Source: a virus (lineage: Duplodnaviria > Caudoviricetes). Taken from it: a stretch of 25,116 bases of DNA. Positions 1-7,226 of the stretch are shown here, piece by piece (within the stretch, counting starts at the first letter, position 1; every line of letters begins with the position of its first letter). A program made the position numbers and the translations under genes. The stretch covers positions 1-25,116 of the IMG/VR virus record IMGVR_UViG_3300027863_000165. One strand, written 5' to 3'. A model generated the notes under the pieces. It ran no database searches. It had not been told where the DNA came from and saw nothing but the letters and a program-made list of their open reading frames with translations.

Positions 1-40
1 CATGTTTTGCGTCATGTTTCGTGTCGAAAATGACAAGGAT

Positions 41-74
41 TGAAAGAAAAAGGCAAGGATTAAATCCTTGCCTT
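41..74 (-). terminator. Rho-independent terminator of the leftward operon
   Basis: Perfect inverted repeat AAGGCAAGGAT-TAA-ATCCTTGCCTT (50-74), followed on the minus strand by TTTCTTTC; 15 nt downstream of the stop of ORF 90..362. Confidence 0.85.
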
Positions 75-89
75 AATGGGTATTCATTA

Positions 90-362
90 TCAATATGTCC
101 TGAGCGACAAGAGATAATAACGTTTAAGAAGCATCTTGAGTGTATTAAGATTAGAAACTTCAACGTTAGATAAAGCCCGAAAGCGCTCCACATCAAGATT
201 TAGATTTTGTTCATCGGCCGCTTCTTCAAGATATGGCAGGAGATGGTCAACATAAGCGGTTAGGCACCGCTCTTTGTATTCATACCATAGCCTGGCGATA
301 ACATACTTGCTCTCGTGAAGCGCTTCCTTAAACCTGAAACTGATGTCTGTGTAATCTTCCAT
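90..362 (-). CDS. Hypothetical phage protein (90 aa)
   Basis: ORF with strong RBS (AAGGAGGGcgtatcATG); last gene of a co-oriented operon ending in a terminator; no motif recognised. Confidence 0.8.
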   Translation of the reverse strand: MEDYTDISFRFKEALHESKYVIARLWYEYKERCLTAYVDHLLPYLEEAADEQNLNLDVERFRALSNVEVSNLNTLKMLLKRYYLLSLRTY

Positions 363-389
363 GATACGCCCTCCTTTTTGGTTATCTGG

Positions 390-803
390 TTATTGATCTA
401 TTCCAACAACAAGCGGATTTTCTTCTTGCTGATAGAATACCATGAGTCTGTCAATTATGGGAAGTAAATCTCCCAAGAGGCCTTTGAATTTGTAAATCCT
501 TCCTGATGTTGTCTTGCCTAACATCGCTGTTATTTGAATGTTCGTTAAGCGATTGCTCATTCGGCAAAGCTTGTAAACACTATCAAATGAGCTGTGCCGA
601 ATGTCTAGTTCCCATAACCTACGACTGGCCTTGAATTCCCGTTCCGCAATCTTTCTCCAGTCTGGAATAGCTAGATCGAGCACACTGGATAGTAACTTAG
701 CAGGCATAAATTTGCCGTGAGTGCCTAAGAATTCAATATATGTCTTGCTTTTCTTTTTCTCTATGGTCAATTTTCCGCTTCCGTCAATCCAAGAAACTTT
801 CAT
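390..803 (-). CDS. Hypothetical phage protein (137 aa)
   Basis: RBS GGAGGtctagccATG; operon context; no motif recognised. Confidence 0.8.
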   Translation of the reverse strand: MKVSWIDGSGKLTIEKKKSKTYIEFLGTHGKFMPAKLLSSVLDLAIPDWRKIAEREFKASRRLWELDIRHSSFDSVYKLCRMSNRLTNIQITAMLGKTTSGRIYKFKGLLGDLLPIIDRLMVFYQQEENPLVVGIDQ

Positions 804-817
804 GGCTAGACCTCCGT

Positions 818-1084
818 TTATTCAATTGTTATTTCATATACAGTTTTATAAATTCCCTTGTTTATCCGTTCCCTAATCTCTTTTAGAGGATAAGCAAGGA
901 AGCGACTGACCCATAACGCCCAAGACCTGTATCTGTCCCAGTTATGGTAAAGGAACACTCCACGCTTTCCCTTACTGGCAAGCACTCTGTCGAAAGACAC
1001 AAGGTAACTTTGATCATCAGTGCTAACAATGATCTGGTCAAGCCTTGGACGCCCTCTCCATACGAATTGTTTTGCACTAATCAT
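818..1084 (-). CDS. Hypothetical phage protein (88 aa)
   Basis: RBS GGGAGGcgtaaccATG directly behind a sigma70-like promoter. Confidence 0.8.
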   Translation of the reverse strand: MISAKQFVWRGRPRLDQIIVSTDDQSYLVSFDRVLASKGKRGVFLYHNWDRYRSWALWVSRFLAYPLKEIRERINKGIYKTVYEITIE

Positions 1085-1132
1085 GGTTACGCCTCCCTTT
1101 GTTTGTTGTCCCTGTTTGATGACTACAAGATG

Positions 1133-1161
1133 CCTATAACATAAGCTTAAAATTTTGTCAA
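1133..1161 (-). promoter_or_regulatory. Leftward sigma70/sigmaA-type promoter
   Basis: TTGACA (1161-1156), 17-nt spacer, TATAGG (1138-1133) with extended TGn. Confidence 0.7.
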
Positions 1162-1275
1162 GGCGATTCTTTGACCCGATGCTTGATACAAGATCTCGGC
1201 CATATCGGGAGGCAAAGCTTGGCTAGAGGGATTTGTATTTTGTAGCATGGCCTGTGCTGAGAAAGCAACAGTCAT
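1147..1275 (-). CDS. Possible 42-aa small ORF coupled to terS
   Basis: TAATG stop/start overlap with the terS stop; translation MTVAFSAQAMLQNTNPSSQALPPDMAEILYQASGQRIALTKF; no clear RBS and it overlaps a promoter. Confidence 0.25.
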   Translation of the reverse strand: MTVAFSAQAMLQNTNPSSQALPPDMAEILYQASGQRIALTKF

Positions 1276-1763
1276 TAAGGCTCTTCAATATCGATAACAT
1301 GTGCTGTGGGCTCGATGTTATGCGCTGAAAAAGGCTCACACTTCAAAATCACAAGATTATTGTTCTCAATGCTTGCTTCCTTAAGCTGGCCAGTGAGGCG
1401 GGCTAAGAGCTGAAGCGCTGAGACTTTATCAGCATTCCGTGATTCCTCGGATTCAATAATGTCCTTTAGATGATAAATAAAGTAAGAAAGCTTAATGTCA
1501 AATTGAAGCTTCGTTTCATACTCAATCATCTCTAGAAGCTTTTGAATACCAGGGTCGGCTAAGAGCTTAAGCCCTTTCGAGTAAGGGTCTTTCTTGCTAA
1601 GCTTTGCCTTCCTTGCCGCTTTTTCGATGTCTCCCGTGATGTAATATTCCTTTAGAAAAAACCATACGTTGGGCTTGTATTTCTTTCTTAGATCGATTAA
1701 GGTCTTAGGATCAAAATCAAGCTTTACTCGTTGGTGCTCCATCGGTTGTGGTAAATTATCCAT
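1275..1763 (-). CDS. terS: Terminase small subunit (likely start 1763, MDNLPQ...)
   Basis: HTH-type pattern FLKEYYITGDIEKAARKAKLS...GLKLLADPGIQKLL and C-terminal DKVSALQLLARLTG typical of SPP1 G1P-like TerS; RBS GGAGGG precedes the ATG at 1763 rather than the ORF-track start at 1796. Confidence 0.7.
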   Translation of the reverse strand: MDNLPQPMEHQRVKLDFDPKTLIDLRKKYKPNVWFFLKEYYITGDIEKAARKAKLSKKDPYSKGLKLLADPGIQKLLEMIEYETKLQFDIKLSYFIYHLKDIIESEESRNADKVSALQLLARLTGQLKEASIENNNLVILKCEPFSAHNIEPTAHVIDIEEP

Positions 1764-1781
1764 CAATCCCTCCAGAAAAAA

Positions 1782-1795
1782 TGAAAGCGTTTTCA
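1782..1795. promoter_or_regulatory. cre-like/LacI-family operator, 13/14 copy (TGAAAGCGTTTTCA)
   Basis: Near copy of the recurrent palindrome, lying between the putative terS promoter and the terS RBS. Confidence 0.55.
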
Positions 1796-1827
1796 ATGAT
1801 AATGATTCTTAAAAAGCCATCAATTTT

Positions 1828-1856
1828 AGAATACACCATTATTTTCAGAAAGTCAA
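1828..1856 (-). promoter_or_regulatory. Putative terS promoter
   Basis: TTGACT (1856-1851), 17-nt spacer, TATTCT (1833-1828); back-to-back with the rightward promoter. Confidence 0.55.
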
Positions 1857-1864
1857 ATTTATGG

Positions 1865-1893
1865 TTGACAAAAATTTTTAGATGTGCTAAGAT
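1865..1893 (+). promoter_or_regulatory. Rightward sigma70-type (early) promoter
   Basis: TTGACA (1865-1870), 17-nt spacer, TAAGAT (1888-1893) with extended TGn. Confidence 0.8.
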
Positions 1894-1956
1894 TGCGCTG
1901 AAACTAAGGAAGGAAAGGTTAATAACAGGGGATAACACGAAAAAGGGGGACTAGTT

Positions 1957-2319
1957 ATGAAAGAAAGATTTGGTTGTGTTGAGGTCGATGGAATTAAGAT
2001 CTATAACACAACCCCACATGCGATCAAAGTTCTTGATGAAAGTGGGGAAGTTATTCTTGAAATTCCAAAAGCGACCGAGCCGCTTAGGCTCCGTGAGGAA
2101 AATGACTATTGGTGGAAGATATGTGGAATTTCTGTATTTCGTAAGTCTTTTTCTGTTACTGAGCTTCCACCATTCATGCCAAACACATATTACGTGGTAG
2201 CGCTTCCAGTCGCACAGATCATAAAGCGGGACGAGTATGATTTTATAGTCCCACATGATCTTGTGCGGGATTCCGAGGGTAACGTGATCGGTTGCAGAGC
2301 ATTCGCTTTCGTTGATTAG
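1957..2319 (+). CDS. NxTPH-motif protein, candidate Crn4-like cyclic-oligoadenylate ring nuclease / anti-CRISPR
   Basis: Motifs NTTPHAI, LPP...YYVVA..VA, D..VP.DLVRD.EG.VIGCRAF match my recollection of a ~120-aa family found in phages and type III CRISPR loci; RBS GGGGGA. The CDS itself is well supported; the function is tentative. Confidence 0.55.
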   Translation: MKERFGCVEVDGIKIYNTTPHAIKVLDESGEVILEIPKATEPLRLREENDYWWKICGISVFRKSFSVTELPPFMPNTYYVVALPVAQIIKRDEYDFIVPHDLVRDSEGNVIGCRAFAFVD

Positions 2320-2345
2320 TCATAAACAGTGAGGAGGGCTGGACA

Positions 2346-3161
2346 ATGAAGGGATGTATTAAAGATTACAATTATAGACCCGACAAGTTTAATTATTTCG
2401 GTGGCAATCCTCAAAAAGACCTCCTGTTAGGTATTGAATTGGAGGTCGAGCGGACATTTAAGAGCAGCCCTGGCGATTACAGAGAGAACGACAAACACGC
2501 CAGTGAAATTCTCAAGATTTTAGGTAATGAACATGTTTATATTAAAAGATCGCTTTCAATAGAAGATGGTTTCAAAATTGTTAGTCATCCTGCCACGCTG
2601 GAATATCATCTTTCTTCAATACAATGGGATTATGCGTTCGAGTATCTAACCGAGAATAACTATTATAGTGAGGCATCACCTACATGTAGTTTACATATCC
2701 ATATTAACAAGAATTATTTAGGTGATACTCCAGAGGAAATAGTTCTCACAGAAGAAAAATTGCTTTACTTTTTTGAACGCCACTGGAATAAGCTTGTTCT
2801 ATTATCACGCCGAGAAAGGGAAGAGTTGTGGAAATACTGTCTTAGACGTGGTCATACTAATATCATAAGAGCATTGATAAAGATAGAAGACAAAGATGGT
2901 AAGCCAGTTCCTTTTGCAGTCAATTTCAACAGAAAGCATTCCGTTGAGATTCGACTATTCAAGGGAACTTTAACCTACAGAACATTCGTGGCTACACTTA
3001 CTCTTGTAGATATGATTACTGAATATTGTAAATATAGACCAATAAAAAGCCTGGTAAATTGGCGCAAGTTCGAGAAATTTCTATGGTCAGGAGGAGATAT
3101 AAGCGCAACACTCATAGATTATATGGAAGAAAGACAAACTTGGGAATCGTCACTAAAATAA
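2346..3161 (+). CDS. Putative amidoligase (COOH-NH2 ligase type 2 family), apparently degenerate
   Basis: GIELEVE, IVSHP, CSLHIHIN, AVN, VEIRLFKGTL motifs; RBS GAGGAGG. Confidence 0.8.
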   Translation: MKGCIKDYNYRPDKFNYFGGNPQKDLLLGIELEVERTFKSSPGDYRENDKHASEILKILGNEHVYIKRSLSIEDGFKIVSHPATLEYHLSSIQWDYAFEYLTENNYYSEASPTCSLHIHINKNYLGDTPEEIVLTEEKLLYFFERHWNKLVLLSRREREELWKYCLRRGHTNIIRALIKIEDKDGKPVPFAVNFNRKHSVEIRLFKGTLTYRTFVATLTLVDMITEYCKYRPIKSLVNWRKFEKFLWSGGDISATLIDYMEERQTWESSLK

Positions 3162-3196
3162 TAGCATCCCAAAATTAACAGTATGGAGGGCGCATC

Positions 3197-4300
3197 ATGA
3201 CGACTATAAAATTTGATGTAAAAAAATTAGCTGACGTTTTAACAATAGTAAACAAAATGCAACGGGAAACATTTGAGGCATCTAAACAAATTTTCTTTGA
3301 GTTCTCTAATAATGTAGCTAAGGTATATGCAACGGATGCTACTGTGGAAGTTAACGCAAAGATTGAGTGTGATAAAGAAGGTGACGATTGCAACATAGCA
3401 ATCAATAAGAGCAGCATGTTAAACATTATCAATGAAATCAAGAAAACTAGTAACTCCGTAATGATTGAGACAGACGGAATACATATGACTATAAAAAGTG
3501 AAGACAATAAAATATTTAAATTAACAACAGATATAGATGATGAATTTAGTTTACTAGATCCAGAAGACATACCATTACAACAGTTTTCTACCAAAGAATT
3601 TGCGGAAGCACTAAGTTATGTTGTCCATGCTGCACCAAAAAAAGATAATCTCACTGGAGCAGTTGATGCAATTCATATCGTCAATGGAAAAATTTTTTAT
3701 TGCTGTGATAACTTTAGACTTGCAAGATATGAATTATCAAAGCCTTGTGGTATCTCAGGTAATACACAGATAACAACAAAAGCAGCAAAGTTTCTTATAG
3801 AAGCCATGAACGTGCTGAAAGATGAATCTGGAAAGATTGGAGTGAATGATAAGACAATGGCCATAGAAATAGGAAATTATCGAATCGAAATAATATGCAC
3901 AGATTACTTACTTCCTGAGTATGATTTAGTCTTGGCAAAAGAATGGGAAAATATAATCTCTGTAAAGACTAGGAAGCTTGTTAATACGTTGAAGCAAATA
4001 AAAAAGGCAGGAAAAACTAAATATGTATATATTGAGACAAGTCAGGATAATCCAAATGCTATAAAGCTAAGCTCATGTGATATATATGGAAACACGAATA
4101 TGTCGATGGAGATAGATGCTGTGATAGATAAGCCAGTGGATTCTAAGAAAGCATTCAATATTCAATTTCTGATCGATGCACTAAAACCAGTTAGAGATAA
4201 ATATGTTAAGCTGTATTATCCAAGCAACGGCGATCAGTGGATTGATATCTTTGCTGACAACAGATATAGAGCAATGGTGATGGAAGTAATCTTATCGTAA
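3197..4300 (+). CDS. dnaN: DNA polymerase III beta sliding clamp homolog
   Basis: 367 aa; VYATD, CCDNFRLA, LPEYDLVL, AFNIQFLIDALK and C-terminal YRAMVM motifs align with DnaN; RBS GGAGGG. Confidence 0.85.
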   Translation: MTTIKFDVKKLADVLTIVNKMQRETFEASKQIFFEFSNNVAKVYATDATVEVNAKIECDKEGDDCNIAINKSSMLNIINEIKKTSNSVMIETDGIHMTIKSEDNKIFKLTTDIDDEFSLLDPEDIPLQQFSTKEFAEALSYVVHAAPKKDNLTGAVDAIHIVNGKIFYCCDNFRLARYELSKPCGISGNTQITTKAAKFLIEAMNVLKDESGKIGVNDKTMAIEIGNYRIEIICTDYLLPEYDLVLAKEWENIISVKTRKLVNTLKQIKKAGKTKYVYIETSQDNPNAIKLSSCDIYGNTNMSMEIDAVIDKPVDSKKAFNIQFLIDALKPVRDKYVKLYYPSNGDQWIDIFADNRYRAMVMEVILS

Positions 4301-4310
4301 ATATTACAAG

Positions 4311-4332
4311 AGGCAGGGCTTATGCCCTGCCT
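4311..4332. other. GC-rich intergenic hairpin without a U-tract
   Basis: AGGCAGGGC-TTAT-GCCCTGCCT, 9-bp perfect stem between dnaN and the PAPS reductase gene. Confidence 0.6.
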
Positions 4333-4362
4333 AGGATTAAAGATGTATGGTGAGGAAATAAA

Positions 4363-5361
4363 ATGGATACAGGACTACGACCTGTCTTTTCTGAAGAACT
4401 AGATCTGCTAAGGTTATCAACCTACTGGGATTACCCCATAACTGATCAACCTGTGCTTTGGGCTAATGGTAGAAGATACTTTTATAGGGGTGATGTAGTG
4501 ATGAAGACAATCGGAGGTGGAATCTTTTCGAGGCCGAATATCGAAATCAGAAAGAGCATGCTGAGTATAGAACCAGAATGGATCGAGAAAGATATAAGCT
4601 ATACTGTTCATAACACACTTGACCTTATCACATCCACTATTGAGAAACACAAAAAAGAATATGATGCTGTTGTCGTGTCATATTCTGGTGGAAAAGATTC
4701 TACCGTGCTGCTGGATCTTGTAAATAGAGTTGTCCCACCAGACGAATTTATCGTGGTATTTAATGATACTACTATGGAAGTATCTACTACACATGAAGCT
4801 ATAACTAAAGCTAAAGAGAGATACCCTAACCTATCATTCTACACAGCTAGATCTGAAATACCTGCTACAGAAACTTGGAGACTATACGCACCTCCGAATC
4901 GATTCAACCGATGGTGTCGTCGTGTGCATAAATCTGAGCCCAACCTGAAGCTCATGAGGAGCATTGTTGGGGATGGAAGGATACTCGTTATGACTGGAAC
5001 TAGAAGATCAGAGAGTAATTTAAGAGCCAGATATTCAGTGTTAGATAAGCCAGATGCTAAGACAAGACAAACTAATTTTAACGTCATGCTGAACTGGACA
5101 TTAAACGACATTTGGCAATATATTCTCCAACGAAAGCTTTTTGTTAACAGAGCATATCGGTATGGAATGAAGCGAGTCGGTTGTATATTGTGCCCATTTC
5201 TATCTGGCTGGGATGGTTTTGTTGTGGGACATGTATTCCGTGAAGAGATGAAACCGTTCCTAGAGATATTAACTGAGTATGCAATTGCGAAAGGAATCAA
5301 GGACGTGGAAGATTTTATTGAAAGTGGGAAATGGAGGTCGAAAGTTTTAAAGCTTATATAA
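4363..5361 (+). CDS. PAPS reductase family PP-loop protein (DndC/SspD-like)
   Basis: SYSGGKDS PP-loop, FNDTTME, RWC..VHK..P, GTRRSES..RARY, RVGCILCP. Confidence 0.88.
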   Translation: MDTGLRPVFSEELDLLRLSTYWDYPITDQPVLWANGRRYFYRGDVVMKTIGGGIFSRPNIEIRKSMLSIEPEWIEKDISYTVHNTLDLITSTIEKHKKEYDAVVVSYSGGKDSTVLLDLVNRVVPPDEFIVVFNDTTMEVSTTHEAITKAKERYPNLSFYTARSEIPATETWRLYAPPNRFNRWCRRVHKSEPNLKLMRSIVGDGRILVMTGTRRSESNLRARYSVLDKPDAKTRQTNFNVMLNWTLNDIWQYILQRKLFVNRAYRYGMKRVGCILCPFLSGWDGFVVGHVFREEMKPFLEILTEYAIAKGIKDVEDFIESGKWRSKVLKLI

Positions 5362-5431
5362 GTGTTTGGTTAGTAGTAAATCTTTTGTTAGGGAAGGTAA
5401 AATCAGACAAAATCAAAAAGGAGGAATAGCC

Positions 5432-5809
5432 ATGAAGAAAGTGGCAGTTTTGAGAAAGAAAGAAAACATGCTGGCTGAAAAGATTGATAGGCTCGGATTC
5501 CTAACAGCGATGATCAAAACGTATCAAAAGGAAGCCGATGAGATTAAAAAATGGCTCACAGAAAATTTCGGGGAGGGAACTTACGAAGGCACAAAGAACA
5601 TAGCTAAGATAACCAAAACGATCTCTTACGAATACGACAGAGAGAAAATATTCAAGAAGCTCGGAAAAGACAAGTATCTTGAATGCTCAAAGTTGCTCGT
5701 CACCGAATTGAAAAAGTATATCTCTGAGAAGGATCTGGTAGAACTAGTAACGAATACGATTGAAACATTGAAAGTATCAGTAAAGCTAAAGGAGGGAAAG
5801 AATGAATAA
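5432..5809 (+). CDS. Hypothetical coiled-coil phage protein (likely start 5432, MKKVAV...)
   Basis: RBS AAGGAGG directly upstream of ATG 5432; helical N-terminal half followed by predicted beta strands. Confidence 0.75.
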   Translation: MKKVAVLRKKENMLAEKIDRLGFLTAMIKTYQKEADEIKKWLTENFGEGTYEGTKNIAKITKTISYEYDREKIFKKLGKDKYLECSKLLVTELKKYISEKDLVELVTNTIETLKVSVKLKEGKNE

Positions 5810-6440
5810 GGCAACAGTTAAAACGATGGAGAAGACTAAGTTGGAACTGAAAGTCGTAACTACAACAGAAAAGCTAAAGGAAGCAATTAAACAAGAAGCT
5901 GAGTGTTGGGTCGATATTGCTGTCCTCGCTCATGAGATCTATGAGAGCAAGGAATGGGAAGGTATGGGCTATGAGAGTCTCAAAGAGTATATCGAAAAAG
6001 AACTGAAGAACAAAATTTCCTACGAGGTATTTCTGTATAGAGCAAAAATTGGTAAGACCATAAAAAAGTATGGACTTAGGAAAGACGAAATCGTGGACAT
6101 AGGCTGGGCTAAGTTCAAGGAAATAGCAGCTCTAGCTCAAGATGAAGAAGATGTTGAAGAGCTAAAAGAAGTAATAGAGGAAGTTAAGGATAAGAGCTAC
6201 CGAGAGGCTAAGCAGATTGTCGATAAAAAGCGTGGATTAAAGAATGAGACTGTGAGAAAGACCTTTAAACTTAATTCAGAGCAAGAAGAAGTAATAAGTG
6301 AAGCAATAGAAATTGCCAAAGAGCTGGCACATACAGAGTCTGATGAACTAGCAATCGTCTATATCATGGCCGAGTTCATCACTAATCATGCTCCAGAGGA
6401 TAGTAAGATAGCAGAAGCAATCAGGACATTTTTAAAATAA
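5802..6440 (+). CDS. Putative DNA-binding protein (DUF3102/ParB-HTH-like helical domain, possible C-terminal RHH-like segment)
   Basis: W..MGYESLKEYIEKEL..IS and IGWAK motifs; C-terminal RKTFKLNSEQEEVISEAIE; RBS GGAGGG. Confidence 0.5.
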   Translation: MNKATVKTMEKTKLELKVVTTTEKLKEAIKQEAECWVDIAVLAHEIYESKEWEGMGYESLKEYIEKELKNKISYEVFLYRAKIGKTIKKYGLRKDEIVDIGWAKFKEIAALAQDEEDVEELKEVIEEVKDKSYREAKQIVDKKRGLKNETVRKTFKLNSEQEEVISEAIEIAKELAHTESDELAIVYIMAEFITNHAPEDSKIAEAIRTFLK

Positions 6441-6453
6441 ATGGAGGTGCAAC

Positions 6454-7080
6454 ATGAAAGGACAAGAAAAAGCTAGGATTGAGAGAATCATAAATGAAGT
6501 AGCAGATGTTTCAGAGAAACTAAGCAACCTTTGGGAAGAAGGTGTATTGGTTGTAGATCGTGACGGTAGAGTTTTCGTAAGTCCAGAAGTAATGAAAGAG
6601 CTTATTAAGTATAGTCTTAAGGATATAGAATTCGCTAAGGACGGTTACAAAAGTAAGCCATACACAGTGACCCTTCGAGATAATAAGCGCTCTTTCATAG
6701 CAATGTGCTCTCAAGAAGATTTCGATGAGATAAAGGAGCTGATTCGCTACATGGAAATAAGAGAAAAGATCCGTAAATTTCTAAAAACCTTGAGCGAACT
6801 TAAGACACTAAAGGATGAATTAGCTGAGTATATCGCTGACGAGGTAAGCTTCTTTACTCATATCAGTGTGGATAAGACCAAGACTAAGGATCTTGAAATT
6901 TGGTTTGCAGGAGAAGATGACTGTGACGACGGCTATATAATTGAACATGCTATTATTGAAGCCTTCCCAGAGATAAAGCCGTTCATTAAATCGGTTAACT
7001 ATACCCAAGGCTTCCCGATATATGAGGCAATACGAATGAAGCTGGCTAACCTAATCGCCTGCTTAAAAGACGAAGAATAA
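6454..7080 (+). CDS. Hypothetical phage protein (208 aa)
   Basis: RBS GGAGGTGcaacATG; no motif recognised. Confidence 0.8.
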   Translation: MKGQEKARIERIINEVADVSEKLSNLWEEGVLVVDRDGRVFVSPEVMKELIKYSLKDIEFAKDGYKSKPYTVTLRDNKRSFIAMCSQEDFDEIKELIRYMEIREKIRKFLKTLSELKTLKDELAEYIADEVSFFTHISVDKTKTKDLEIWFAGEDDCDDGYIIEHAIIEAFPEIKPFIKSVNYTQGFPIYEAIRMKLANLIACLKDEE

Positions 7081-7084
7081 AAGC

Positions 7085-7112
7085 TTGACTTATGAAAGCG
7101 CTTTCATAAAAT
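7085..7112 (+). promoter_or_regulatory. Promoter of the replication operon with an overlapping 20-bp operator palindrome
   Basis: TTGACT (7085-7090), 16-nt spacer, TAAAAT (7107-7112); perfect palindrome TTATGAAAGCGCTTTCATAA (7090-7109) spans the spacer. Confidence 0.7.
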
Positions 7113-7115
7113 AAG

Positions 7116-7141
7116 GAAGGTAGCCTGCAAAGGCTACCTTC
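7116..7141 (+). other. 11-bp hairpin with GCAA (GNRA) tetraloop
   Basis: GAAGGTAGCCT-GCAA-AGGCTACCTTC; could be the 5' stem of the leader RNA or the 3' end of the upstream transcript. Confidence 0.7.
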
Positions 7142-7157
7142 AGAAAGGAGGCGCACC

Positions 7158-7226
7158 ATGAAAGTTGAGGCAGGATCCTTTGGTGGGATCCCCTCCCCCA
7201 GGCCTACATGGCTAAGAGATCCTTAG
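7158..7226 (+). CDS. Putative 22-aa leader peptide (MKVEAGSFGGIPSPRPTWLRDP)
   Basis: Very strong RBS AGAAAGGAGGcgcaccATG; stop TAG lies inside a hairpin upstream of the initiator RBS. Confidence 0.55.
   Translation: MKVEAGSFGGIPSPRPTWLRDP

Noticed and set aside
883-2256. Alternative ORFs 883..1077(-), 944..1144(+), 1748..1954(+), 1756..1938(-), 1951..2256(-), 1970..2200(+)
   Set aside because: They overlap better-supported genes or promoters and lack RBS or motifs
2545-2558. Additional cre-like sites (half site CGCTTTCA at 2551-2558; TGGTAGCGCTTCCA at 2195-2208; TGTAGACGCTTTCG at 19971-19984)
   Set aside because: Three or more mismatches to the 14-mer; could be chance, so not counted
4343-4402. 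Short MYGEEIKW... ORF overlapping the PAPS reductase start as a frameshifted original N-terminus
   Set aside because: The resemblance is too slight to support, and ATG 4363 has its own GAGG RBS
5382-5404. GGTAAAATC shared with 8365-8373 as a phage-specific promoter class
   Set aside because: Only two short AT-rich matches and no -35 at the first; not distinguishable from chance
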